This document shows positions 11,290 to 23,051 of a stretch of 40,205 bases of DNA, piece by piece; position 1 is the first letter of the stretch, and the number at the start of each line of letters is the position of its first letter. The translations under genes and the position numbers were made by a program. This stretch comes from Octopus bimaculoides. Lineage: Eukaryota. The stretch spans positions 17,990,424-18,030,628 of the forward strand of contig NC_068982.1 of NCBI RefSeq assembly GCF_001194135.2, given 5' to 3'. The notes under the pieces are model-generated. The model did not search any database and had not been told where the DNA came from. It was given only the letters and a program-made list of their open reading frames with translations.

Positions 11290-12470
11290 GTACCCAAGAT
11301 CAAAGAACGTCTGTAACAACAGATCTTTGTTAAATTACAAAGAATCCGACGGTATGAAAAGCGACAACGATTCTTTCAACAAAACATTCGACTCCAACCC
11401 AATACTAACTAAAATAAGATGAAAAAAAATCAATGCAATACGAACAAGGAAAGTAGATAAACACTGAGGTAATCAGCGTTGATGAGATTATTCAAAGTAA
11501 CAAACACCACATCTGGAAATTCGTAGGCGTCCATATTAAATCATAAGTAGAAGAAACTGCTGTAAAGGTTGATATGGCTGGAAAAAGAAATACTGATCAA
11601 TAAAGCGACGAGTGTAGAAGAAGAAAGGTCGGAGCATCTCATGGATTGAAATTGTTGAATATATTTGGCAGATATAATGCAGTACCATTAAACGCGCAAT
11701 TACATGAAATATGGTGTAAGTAGACAGCACACAATTATGAAGATATAGCGGAAATAGGGACTTATAAACAATTAATCTAAAACATGTTAGACGAGACTGG
11801 ACGTAGGTACAAAGGCAATGCGAAAACAATGAATGTTCGTTTTAGACGGTTAATATGAAGTTACATCTTGCTTCACATTAAAAAATGAAAAACACTGATA
11901 ACGACAGTACATGGATTTATATAAAATTAAGTTAGTAATTGCGTTTTGCGTGTATATCAAAAGAGAATTAAATCCGATTAATGAAGTAGTAGATATCAAT
12001 ATAGAAGTTATACTTCTAAATACGTTATAAAGCTGGTCGCTACGGGATTAGTACGATTAACAAGTGAAACAAGAAAATGACAATCGCATTTAGAATACAC
12101 CACTCAAAATCTGATCGAAAGTTTATAATTAGCTTGAATACACGGTGATACGCTTCTCTACAATTAGAAAAAGACTATGAAATTACAACGCTGGGACAAA
12201 AGTATTTAGTGAAAACTAGTAAAATAATTACAGAAGTGAAACGAATGTAAATATTTCGAGAAAACTAAGAAATAGAAAGCTAAACCTGAAATAACATATT
12301 GCAATAAGGTGGAATTGGAACGAGTACAGCTTCTGAAAAAAGCTCAAATTTAATCCAAACCTCGTATTAAATTGATGCATCTCACCAGAATAACATCCAA
12401 AGAAAGTGAAATAGCCAAGGGAAAGTCACAAATTTGGCTAGAGGAACTCAAGAATCAAAACTGACAACAA
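11290..12470 (+). mobile_element. Heavily decayed R4/Dong-clade LINE
   Basis: Scattered in-order motifs: QQIFVKLQRIRRYEKRQRFFQQN; HIWK; CKG*YGWK..ILINKA; SWIEIV; LEKDYEITTLGQKYL; KSQIWL. These parallel R4 pre-RT, RT and post-RT segments. Confidence 0.6.
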
Positions 12471-12518
12471 TAAAAACAACAACAGCAGTAATAATAATAA
12501 TAATAATGATAATAATAA

Positions 12519-13248
12519 GTATTTTGCCCGGCGTGCTAACGATTCCGCCAGCTCGGCGCCTTAACAACAACAACAACAACAATAATAATAATAATCATAA
12601 TAAAAAAAAATAATTATGGTTTCAAATTTTACCACAAGGGAAGATATGTTCGGGGAGGGGATGTGTCGATTATATCGACCCCGATGTTCAAATGGTACTT
12701 ACATTATCAACCCCGAAAGGATGAAAGGAAAAGTCGACCTCGGCGGAATTCGAACTCAGAACTTAGTGACTGGCGAAATGCTGCCAAGTGTTTTGTCTGG
12801 AATGGTAACGATTATTGCCAGCTCACCGCCTTAACAATAATAATAATCTTTTCTACTATAAGCACAAGGCCTGAAATTTGGGGAGGGGACTTGTCTATCA
12901 CACCGACTCCAGCACTTGATTGGTACCTATTTCATCAATTTCCCCGGAAGGATGAAAGGCAAAGTCGACTTCGGAGGAATTTGAACTCAGAACATAGCGA
13001 CAGGCGACATGCTAACGATTCTGCCAGTTCGCCACCTTCAAATATAATAACAGTCCCTTCTAGGCCTCAGATTTGGGGGAAGGGATTAAGGCCTCAGATT
13101 TGGGGTAACGGATTAGTTGATTACATTGACCCTTGTGAGTAACTGGTGCATATATTTAATCGACCCCGAAAAGGATGAAAGACAATGTCAACCTTAGCGG
13201 AATTTGAACTCAGAACGTAGTGACGGGCGAAATGGTGCTCGCCGCCTT
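12519..13248 (-). mobile_element. Tandem chain of four SINE B copies (12519-12562 head only; 12617-12832; 12848-13038; 13058-13248) separated by (AAT)/(AAC) runs
   Basis: Each repeats GGATGAAAG..AAGTCGAC.TCGG.GGAATT.GAACTCAGAAC (B-box region on minus strand) and ends in GCCAGCTC.CCGCCTT-like sequence. Confidence 0.9.
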
Positions 13249-14124
13249 CACAACAACAACAACAACAACAACACCAACAATTGGTTCTTCACGAAGGAAA
13301 AATGCTTACATGTATGGGATTAAAGCACCAAAACTTGAAATGTATACATCATACAGAAAATATGGCTACGGGCATTGCACACAAATTACGTAGTGTATTG
13401 TTTATGCAAAATAAAACAAAACTATGACAAAATGTTTCACGTGTCCAGGACACATAAGGCTGCGCTCGGAAGTACAGTAAAAGTACATAATGAAAAATGT
13501 GACGATGGATGTAAAAAATAACAGAAATATAAACAATTGTACTTGATAGGTAGAGAGATCCGTAGAATATTAATTTTTTTGCAAATGTTTTTCTTTCAGT
13601 AGTGTTACAGTACATTATAGGTATTCCTACAATTTCGTTCCATAATCAAACTTCTTAAATATGTAACAGTTGAAGAAACAGCAAAAGTAGAACATTATAG
13701 ATTATTTCTTACATCAAAATAATCGACTAATAATAACATAATAATTACTGTATAATGGCTAATAATTACTGCATTAATGAGAGTTAGGAAACGTTACAAG
13801 TACTTAACGGTGAGACTATCAGAAACTCCTTTCAATATTGATTAACTAATGTCATCAGAAAGTTTCCAAATGAACTAATCAAAAATTGGCTGGTCACCTG
13901 TAGGTTATTTAAACATTGCAAATACACTCATTTGTCGTACTACAATTGTCTTCATGTTATTCAATTAAATGAGGAAAGGAACTCGATTAAGACATTGTTT
14001 GCATAACTGAGCACTTAACCTAATCACTTAAGTGCATGCTTGAAATGTAAATAACAGATAAACATTGTTTGTGACGATGAGAAGTTCAAGTGGAATATGC
14101 TTCCGAGGAGGAAACCATTTTGAA

Positions 14125-14235
14125 GAGGACTCCATGCGATGTGATCACTCGATAATCGCACGAATTGCTAGAAATAAGAGTTAAATATCTCTCAAATCAC
14201 ATACTGCCGTCATAAAAAGAGGACTGATCCAATAT
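14125..14235 (-). repeat. Repeat family E, partial
   Basis: TGCTAGAAATAAGAG..CTCAAATCACA.ACTGCCGTC is the reverse complement of the E core motif. Confidence 0.6.
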
Positions 14236-14427
14236 AAAAAGAGAAGTCAGTATGGTTTGGTGAAACATGAAATGTTATTGATCATAAGTTCGTATCACAT
14301 GTTTTTTAGCATCATTATTTGCAATTGTTTTGCATCAATGTTCTTAATATTGTCATAAGATTTGAGACAGTAATAAAGCAGACAAGCAACAATGGAAAGT
14401 GGACTTTTTCGGTAGAATGTGACAAAT

Positions 14428-14430
<3 letters not shown>

Positions 14431-14469
<39 letters not shown>

Positions 14470-14498
14470 TAATAATAATAATGATAATACTAATAATG

Positions 14499-14529
<31 letters not shown>

Positions 14530-14550
14530 GAAGAAGAAGAAAGAAAGAAA
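14431..14550. repeat. (AAT)n then (GAA)n/(GAAA)n microsatellite
   Basis: Read directly. Confidence 0.95.
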
Positions 14551-14914
14551 GAAAGCAAACTATGTTGGATCATAGATTTAGCATGCCCAGCTGACAACAA
14601 GGTATGCAATAAGGAAGAAAGAAAAGTTGATGGATATGACAGGTCAGCTTGGGAAGTTAAGCAGTTGTGGTCGGTAGAAAAAGGGGTAGTAGTACCACTA
14701 ATTGTCAAAGCCCTGGGAACAGTGAGTAAAAATCTTGAGAAGTACATTGAACAAATAGAGGCTGCAATAAGGGCGGAGCACTTGCAAAAAACAGCACTAC
14801 TTGGAACCGCTCGAATACTCCGGAAGGTGCTCGAAAAATAAGAGGTGTTACCTTAGTTCACTGGTAGTGAACAGCTGACACCGTAGTACATATCCAGCGT
14901 TAGAAGCTGTGCAA
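14551..14914 (+). mobile_element. 5'-truncated R4/Dong LINE 3' end: restriction-like endonuclease C-terminus plus 3' UTR
   Basis: Uninterrupted frame 14551-14841: ESKLCWIIDLACPADNKVCNKEERKVDGYDRSAWEVKQLWSVEKGVVVPLIVKALGTVSKNLEKYIEQIEAAIRAEHLQKTALLGTARILRKVLEK*. The C-terminus LQKTALLGTARILRKVL is typical of the R4 clade. Confidence 0.92.
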
Positions 14915-14990
14915 AGAAATTCTGTTTAATACCACAGATTTGTTTGTCAGTTGTTTGACCTTAACCAGTTGAGCATGTCCCTTGGTGGCT

Positions 14991-15197
14991 NNNNNNNNNN
15001 NNNNNNNNNNNNNNNNNNNNNNNNNNNNNNNNNNNNNNNNNNNNNNNNNNNNNNNNNNNNNNNNNNNNNNNNNNNNNNNNNNNNNNNNNNNNNNNNNNNN
15101 NNNNNNNNNNNNNNNNNNNNNNNNNNNNNNNNNNNNNNNNNNNNNNNNNNNNNNNNNNNNNNNNNNNNNNNNNNNNNNNNNNNNNNNNNNNNNNNNN
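14991..15197. other. Assembly gap
   Basis: Run of N. Confidence 1.
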
Positions 15198-15690
15198 TTC
15201 TACTATAGGCACACAAGACCTAAAATTTTTTCGGAGGGGACCAGTCGATTACATCATCCCTAGTGTTTCACTGGTACTTAATTTATCAACTTCGAAAGGA
15301 TGAAAGGCAAAGTCGAACTCGGCAGAATTTTTAACTCAGAACCTAGCGGCAGACGAAATACCTATTTCGTTATTGCCCACAAGGGGTTAAACATAGAGGG
15401 GACAAACAAGGAAAGACAAAGGGATTAAGTCGATTACATCGACCCCAGTGCGTAACTGGTACTTAATTTATCGACCCCGAAAGGATGAAAGGCAAAGTCG
15501 ACCTCGGCGGAATTTGAACTCAGAACCTAACGGCAGACGAAATACCGCTAAGCATTTCGTCCGGCGTGCTAGCAATTCTGTCAGCTTTCCACCTTAACAA
15601 TAATAACAATAATCGTTCTACTTAAGGCACAAGGCCTGAAATTTGCCAGGAGGAGACTACTCGATTACATCGTCCCCAGTGTTTCACGAA
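15198..15690 (-). mobile_element. SINE B cluster: old host copy (15198-15362 plus head 15547-15595), nested young copy with a different tail (15363-15546), and a further 3' fragment (about 15614-15690)
   Basis: The internal SINE body occurs twice, only one head is present, and the two 3' tails differ (..GTGCCTATAGTAGAA vs ..CCCTTGTGGGCAATAACGAAATA). Confidence 0.88.
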
Positions 15691-15784
15691 AGGCCTTATG
15701 CCAATATTTGAAATCAATTTATATAAGTGCCGTACGTTTTGATTATTTGTGTAAATTATTACAGATATTACTTAGTTTATGGCT

Positions 15785-16126
15785 TAAAGGGAACAGTTTG
15801 AATGGGAAACGATGCTCTACCCATCATATTCGCCGGTCATTGCTCTATCTTATTATCATTTAACCCACAGTCTTCAAAACCATTTGGACCAAAAAAATAT
15901 GAATTCTGCAGACAACGTCAGAACAGTAGTGGAAGAGTATTTTTCGTTACAGACAAGTAAATTTTGGAAGAGGGGTCTTTACGTCTACCGTATAGATGGA
16001 AGAGCATTGGATAAAATGAAGGAAAGTATATTTCACATTGAAAAAGAACTTTGTTTATCTTAATTTTGAAAAAACAAAAAGCACGAAGTATTAAAAAGAC
16101 CGCATTATTTAGGGGATGGCCCAATA
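15785..16126 (+). mobile_element. Tc1/mariner transposase 3' fragment with right terminus and TA target site
   Basis: QFEWETMLYPSYSPVIALSYYHLTHSLQNHLDQKNMNS..EEYFS..FWKRG matches the mariner W..L.HPPYSPDLAPSDYHLF.SLQN.L motif. Ends ..GGATGGCCCAA|TA. Confidence 0.9.
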
Positions 16127-16511
16127 GAATCCATTTTGCGATTCTGTCCAGCGACATTCTAATCAATGTAAAGATGATGCAGCTCGACCTGGAGAGACAC
16201 CCTCATCTAGATTTTTGCATGTTGAGAAAAGTTACTCCAGATATACATGTAGTTATTTACACACATACGCACACACACGCACACACACGCATTCACACGA
16301 ATTCACACGTGCACATTAAATATTCATATATATTCATAACTTGTGAGACAAACTGGTCGGCCAATATTCACCTTTTCCCCATTGTCACACTCATTTCATC
16401 TCCTAAGATTAAAGGAAAGACTCATCGCTATTGCAATAATAAATATGCGGACGGTTCAGTGTTCAACATCAGTTGTTTCCAGGAAAACAATTCAAGGTTT
16501 CGAAAGACGAA

Positions 16512-17231
16512 CGCAATGACCTCTGTCTGACGGTGACTGTCCCCTGACCGCCAATTCAGTTGATGACTTACAATATAGTGTTGACCATTTCTCTGGCGCA
16601 TGTAAGATTTTCAGCTTGAATACCAGTACAAAGAAAACCAAAGTGATGCATCGGCCAGCATCTTCATGAACATGTCACTATCTCTGAAGTATGTTCTCTC
16701 CTGCTCATATTGGCAACACTCATGAAGACAGCATCAAGGTGTACCAGACTGTCATTCCTACGAAACCGCTCTTTTAAGACATAATTCCTGAAGTACTATT
16801 TCATACTGAGCTATCCATCCTCCACACAAGGAAAGATTACGGAGTTCACAGGGAAAGATTACGGAGTTCACGTGCCAAACAACTGTAAGAAACTTCACTT
16901 CAGCAAAATCGAGTGGGCCGAATCCCACTTCCCTCCATAAGTCTGAAAGAGTCGTAAACAATACTCTGGAGGCTTCAGTGAAGGCCTTTAACATTACGCA
17001 CAAAAGGAATATCTGACAGAGGATTTGAAGAGTAATAACGCAGCTTAACAACGGAGGAATGCCAGAAAGGAAAATACTTTCAGACCTTCCATTTATATTT
17101 GTATTCCTTGTTCATACTATGAAAGACACAAAAGTCTTCAGATTCAATTGACCAGTCCTCTGTGCATCCTCATGGCCCGATAACGCCACGATGACCAGAT
17201 TCTCCACGTCGTCTCGACGGACGAACAACAC
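16512..17231 (+). mobile_element. RTE-type LINE 3' portion, decayed with internal deletions
   Basis: DGDCPLTANSVDDLQYSVDHFSGACKIFSLNTSTKKTKVMHRP; SIKVYQTVI; NNTLEASVKAFNITH; 3' end ..CTCGACGGACGAACAAC. Confidence 0.8.
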
Positions 17232-18524
17232 TTTAAGTGTACATATGTGTGAGAAATACTCAAGTATTTACTAGCGTAATGAGTAGGCCGTTTAGTTGAT
17301 CGATATCGATTAAATGGACCGCCATACGTCAAAACCACCGGTAGAACCCATCATATGTATCTATGTATATGTGTATTTTGACCTGCGCGTGTGTATGTAT
17401 GTATACCTTTGTGTGTGAGAGGTATCTTCTTTTTCTTTTATATCTCACTTTTTATTGCTCTCTCTTTTTATATCCACCATTCTGATTCTAACAGCTCTTC
17501 ATTCACCTTTTCGTTTTGCTTTCTCTTTCCCCCTCTCGTTTATGTCGGTTATTTACACCACAAGGCTATAAATTTATAGTTCTTTCTCAGTACCTGTCCG
17601 TTCCTTAGAATCATTTACACCTGTTTGCTGCCACTTTTTCAACGATTGTACAAGCACCTACTTCTTTCTCTCACTTGCCTCTCCCTCCCTCTTACATTCT
17701 TTGTCTTTTTTCTTCGATCTCTCTTCCTCTATTTCTTATACTTTACCTTCTCTCAGTTTACCATGTCCCTTGCTGTCTATCATTTTAATTTTCATACCTT
17801 CATAGATTCTAATTTGGCACTGAGAGCTATTTCGAAAACCATTTGAGTTTTTACTTTGAAATTACATTTCTATTTAAGAACACGAATTGCTAATGAAACA
17901 GAACTCTACAGTTGGATGTGAGATGCATGTGAACTCGATCCCACGACATTTGACTTCCAGCCTAATTCTATTAAAATTAACTGATATATTATTGTCATAA
18001 TTAACAATTTATATCAGCATCATCAGTAATAACCCTACGTTAATCAAGTTCCTTATTTAATATCATTTTTATACGAAAGGTTTCAAATTCATCTGCTGCT
18101 GAATTAGATATCTTATGTCTTGATCCTAGACCGTTGGATGCATTAGTTCTGTTAGTAGAAATTAAATTCCTCATTCCTTAGGTGGACTGAGTGTAACAAC
18201 AAAACAAGCTATTCTGCAAAATATAATAAAATAAAGATTAATAAATCCACAGATGTTTTATATGGAGAGCTGTCTAATGCCAGCGCTTATTGATAGAAAT
18301 TTTTCAACATTCATAAACGAAATACTACTGCAATATCACTTTTACCTCCAAGTTTTCCGTTTAAATATTGGTATTCCTATTCTCACTCTTCGCCAGTATC
18401 ATATCAATTTGGCTCCCATAGTAACACTTTCCGAAACATTACTAATATTCAGGAAATGTATATGCACATTATGTACACCCTACGAAATATGATAAAATAA
18501 CTATTTTATAATTTCTCTTTTAAT

Positions 18525-18528
18525 TGCT

Positions 18529-18574
<46 letters not shown>

Positions 18575-18616
18575 TCATACACACATATACTTATACACAC
18601 ATACACACGCACATAT

Positions 18617-18661
<45 letters not shown>

Positions 18662-18756
18662 ATGTGTGTGTGTGTTTGTGTTTGTGTGTGTATGTATATG
18701 TGTGTTTGCATGTGTGTATTTATATGTGTGTGTGCATACATATATATATAAATGTG

Positions 18757-18828
<72 letters not shown>

Positions 18829-18900
18829 AATGCATATAAATATGTATATATATATGCATATATATGTACACACACACTCACACACACACATATATACATC
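18525..18900. repeat. Compound (CT)n/(CA)n/(TA)n/(TG)n microsatellite
   Basis: Read directly. Confidence 0.95.
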
Positions 18901-19199
18901 TCAAAATACACTTGGCTTTTTAAACCAATTATTTCTGTAATTCTGACATGCAGCGCATGAACTTCTCTGATATTACTTTGAATCACCATTTTCCCTAAAA
19001 GCATGATCTGCAATTAAATTGATTGCAATCACTGATTTTGCATTAACGTTGGTAATTATCATCCCTCCATACAGACCGGCGGTTCACACTACTAGAAATG
19101 AACGTAGCAGTACCTATGGAAATAACAATTGATAATACCGTTGTATTCCCTGCACAATATATTGCATCATCCTGATGTAATATGCCTTCCAAAATGGTG

Positions 19200-20625
19200 G
19201 CTCCTGCATGATGCAGCAGAAACCAGATGTAAAGTCAGACAAAGGTGAGATCTCAACCACACCTACATAAGTAGAGTATGAGCAGTGTTATTGATTATGA
19301 TCCTGGACATAACTATGATTCTGAAACAATAGGTTTTTGTGAGCCCATGTCCACAATTTGTGATAATTTTAGCTAAGAAATGAACAGAACAGAAAACAAC
19401 AATTGATAATTCCTATGGAAAATAAATTTACCATTTCCTGTTCATGCATCAGAACTCATAAGACAATTTCTTCAGACCACTGCTGAAGAAGAGAGGAATT
19501 CTTTGCAGAATATCAAAAGACACACGTGTTTTGCAAAATGACTTCCTCTGGAGTGAATATCCTCAGAAAAAAAAGGAATCATGGTGGATAGGACAAGAAC
19601 AAATCTTCCATACTTTTGGATAACTTTAACACATCTCAATGTAAGTGACTACTTTCTGCACCAGAATACCTTTTTCTGCGGACATAGAACCATCTAATCT
19701 TCATCAGTTTTGGTTTAAATGTCGTGAGGACGTGATTAAGTATTCTAAGCATCAAACGGAAGAGATGTATGCTGAAAGAGGACTAGGTACACTGATCCAA
19801 ACTATGATGATTTCATTATATTGAGTATATGTTTGAGGATATCAATGACTCCAAACTAAAACAATATTTCCGGTATCAAACTTACAGCACCGAAGGCAAT
19901 ATTTCAGCAGAAGTCTTGAGAGAGAGAGACATCATACTGGCGCATTATCAGCATATGGCACTGACAATGAATCTAAACTTATCGCAAACCTGAAAGTCGA
20001 ATATCATGCTATTTTGAAAGGGCTTGCCCAGCAAGGAAACAGAATTGCCCTTCATGATGTATGGTGGAGGTGGAATGAATCTTCCAAACAAACATACAAC
20101 TTCCTAATGATAATTTTGCTTCGCGATGATAGGCATGAAGTAGGTATAGCTGTTGCAGCTGTTTATTGAAGTATCCACCACACATCTTTCTGGGTGCTGT
20201 ACAATGCACTTGTTCGTGAGCCTTTTTGAGAACTGGGCAAGTTTCTTACCGATTCTAAATATTTTCTTTTAAATGGTGAACAAAGGAGTACCTGATAACT
20301 CTAGGAGTCCTGAACAAGATATTAAAGGACTGTGTGGCTATAGATCTTTAATATGAGGTGATGTAGAGTTGTCGACAAGCGATGATGAAATAAACGTTTA
20401 TTTTGTTGCGTCAAAGTTAAATCTGTTCAAATGCCTATAAATACGAGGGTCCATAATTTTGAGGACCAACTGTTTGACCAAATTGCCAAATGTGTGTTAG
20501 ATGTTGGAGATGGAAAGATTTCCTTCCAATATTAATGACCTCATAGAACAGATCCTATAAGCCGAGTGTTTAAGACAACAGGCGAATTGATAACAAAGGT
20601 ATTATTCAACTTGCAGCATAAATAG
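19200..20625 (+). mobile_element. Helitron RepHel relic (N-terminal region joined to PIF1-like helicase N-half), many stops and frameshifts
   Basis: YDPGHNYDSETIGFCEPMSTICD..AKK..SYGK.NLP..LQNIKR..CF..MTSSG. Then DNESKLIANLKVEYHAILKG..MYGGGG (Walker A remnant)..GIAVAA..TTHLSGCCTMH; LGVLNKILKD; SDDEIN; INTRVH..VLDVGDGKI; ELITKV. Confidence 0.8.
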
Positions 20626-20831
20626 CCAGCTCACTCTGGCTGTACACAGCATATTTTCTAGATAGTCTTTCATCAGTACAAGTGGTAGCTAAGATATTAA
20701 TTACATTATACCGAAGTCATTCAAGAGTGAAATATGTTAGGCATTAAATGTCATCATTCTAAGTTAGGAAGAGAACTATAGATTCAAAGAAAAGCATAGA
20801 GATAGAACACTATAAGCGATATATATACAGC

Positions 20832-21473
20832 GATAAGAATAATGTTGATAAGAATAATGTCGATAAGAATAATGTCGATAAGAATAATATCGATAAGAAT
20901 AATGTTGACAAGAATAATGTCGATACGAATAATGTCGATAAGAATAATGTTGATAAGAATAATGTTGATAAGAATAATGTTGATAAGAATAATGTTGATA
21001 AGAATAATGTTGATAAGAATAATGTTGTTACGAATAATGTCGATACGAATAATGTCGATACGAATAGTGTTGATAAGAATAGTGTTGATAAGAATAATGT
21101 AAATAAGAATAATATTGACAAGAATAATGTTGACAAGAATAATGTTGTTACGAATAATGTCGATACGAACAATGTTGATACGAATANNNNNNNNNNAATA
21201 GTGTTGACAAGAATAATGTCGATACGAATAATGTTGATAAGAATAATGTTGTTACGAATAATGTCGATACGAATAATGTCGATACGAATAGTGTTGATAA
21301 GAATAGTGTTGATAAGAATAATGTAAATAAGAATAATATTGACAAGAATAATGTTGACAAGAATAATGTTGTTACGAATAATGTCGATACGAATAATGTT
21401 GATACGAATAATGTCGATACGAATAATGTCGACAAGAATAATGTCGATACGAATAATGTTGATAAGAATAATG
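20832..21473. repeat. 15-bp minisatellite, consensus GATAAGAATAATGTY, about 43 units, with a 10-N gap at 21187-21196
   Basis: Direct unit-by-unit reading; variants GATACG, GACAAG, GTTACG, AATAGTGTT. Confidence 0.97.
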
Positions 21474-22540
21474 GTCAATATACCTAATAGGTTAACCACT
21501 TATTTTACATCATTCTTACAATCATTAATCATGGCATTCTTCTTTTTCTTCACTGTCTCATAATTATCATCCCTCCTTTCTTGTTTTCTTCTTTTCTCCC
21601 TCATTCTCTCTGACTCACATTCCCCTATTTTCAACTTAATTTCACCTAAAACCATTTACTTTTATTTCCTCTGCTATACACCTTTCACATCTTTATATTT
21701 ATTGAGTTGCTTTTTCATCCCAATAATGATCCTAAAAATAGCACCAATCATCGTCGACGCCATCATCATCATCATCTTTCGTGTCTTTCATTGTCATCTT
21801 CTACGTCTTCGTTTCATATTTTAAAAGTCTTTATTCTATTGTTAATTTAAAGCATTGTCTTATTACCGTCATCGTCGACGTCGTTGCTGTCATGGTGGTG
21901 GTCGTTTTCGTACTCGTAATCATGGTGGTGGTGGTAGTGGGTTGTGTGGGTTATTGGTTGTCGTCATCGTTTTCTCAAACCTCTTCTGCCTCATTTTTCT
22001 TCTTCTCTTCTTACCTCATCCCCCCCTTACCTCTATTTAATCCTTATTCGACTGATATCAATACATTGTGTAGTACTGTTTTACGCCTCAGTAGAACAAA
22101 GAAAATAATGAAACAATAGAAACTATAAAAAATAAAAATAAAAAAAACACAACACATATACAACTAAAGTAAAACAAAAACAAACAAAATAAATGCATAA
22201 GAAACACTCACGCGTACACACACATGTTTAAATACACCTAAACACACATACGCACATATACACACAGACTAGATCAAGAAAAACACCTACAAACAAACAA
22301 ATAACAAAGGAACCACTGAATTGAAATCTTTGTTTTGGTTTTATCTCTAACATTGTATACTGATCTATCGATTGATTACAGCCCGCTGTTTGATTAATCG
22401 ATCTGTTTAAGTATTTATATATTGAGTTATTTGTTATTGCTGTAGTTAAGTTACATGGCGGGGATTGATATATAGAGAAGGCGGTAGTCGTTCGTCGTAG
22501 TTGTTGTTGTTGTTGTCGTAGTTGTAGTAATTATAGTAGT

Positions 22541-22740
22541 TGTTGTTTAACCCCAGTCACACTTGATCCACGAGGCATATGATCAAAGCCATTTCAGCTA
22601 CATCATTCCTTCTCATTTTAGACGTGTTTTGGAATACATTATCATATGTATATGTACACTGTCTGTAGTTTCTAATGATACAATGTGATTTGACGAAGAT
22701 TTGACTGTTATTTCTATCTCTTGAGTGACCTAGTAGAAGC
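22541..22740 (+). repeat. Repeat family E copy
   Basis: TGTTGTTTAACCCCAG..TATGATCAAAG..TACATTATC..GTGATTTGA..GATTTGACTGTTATTTCTA. Confidence 0.65.
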
Positions 22741-22825
22741 TTTTGAATTTAGTAGTGGTAGTCGCAGCAGTAGAAGTAGCACTTACGAATTTCTTTCTTA
22801 CAAAAGCTTTTATTCTGTAGCCTTG

Positions 22826-22890
22826 TTATGTGGTTAGTTGAGATTTATATACTGTTTCTTTCTTATCGTCGCGAACGTTCCCAGCTCGGA
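22826..22890 (-). CDS. Candidate terminal exon (I)RAGNVRDDKKETVYKSQLTT*
   Basis: Acceptor ataattgcag|; phase-1 compatible with the candidate exon ending at 23052. No homology recognised. Confidence 0.17.
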
Positions 22891-23051
22891 CTGCAATTAT
22901 AGAGGCCTGTGGTCGTAGAAAATATTGGAACATGACTTTCGAAAACCAAAGTGGAGAGATGCGAAAGATAATCTCTGAACATTCTGGATTCTTAAAACAT
23001 ATCATCATCAACACAAAAGCTGAATCTCTGTTTTGCAAAGAGTATACTCAC

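Noticed and set aside
8302-14551. R4 fragments at 7181-8302 and 14551-14914 as two halves of one split element
   Set aside because: No overlap or TSD, different decay levels (many stops vs none), and the second has its own microsatellite 5' junction.
16830-16871. Perfect 20-bp tandem microduplication GGAAAGATTACGGAGTTCAC
   Set aside because: Ordinary post-insertion mutation within the RTE relic.
18040-18245. Strong minus-strand acceptor (ttttattatattttgcag) near 18213
   Set aside because: All three frames stop within 14 codons and no good donor follows; a UTR exon cannot be excluded.
20626-20661. Helitron 3' terminus (small hairpin GCTGTACACAGC followed by CTAG)
   Set aside because: The hairpin is short, CTAG is followed by A rather than T, and the helicase is incomplete at this point.
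20832-21473. CRISPR-like repeat array
   Set aside because: The units are contiguous with no unique spacers, the context is eukaryotic and there are no cas genes. The same applies to the SINE chain at 12519-13248.
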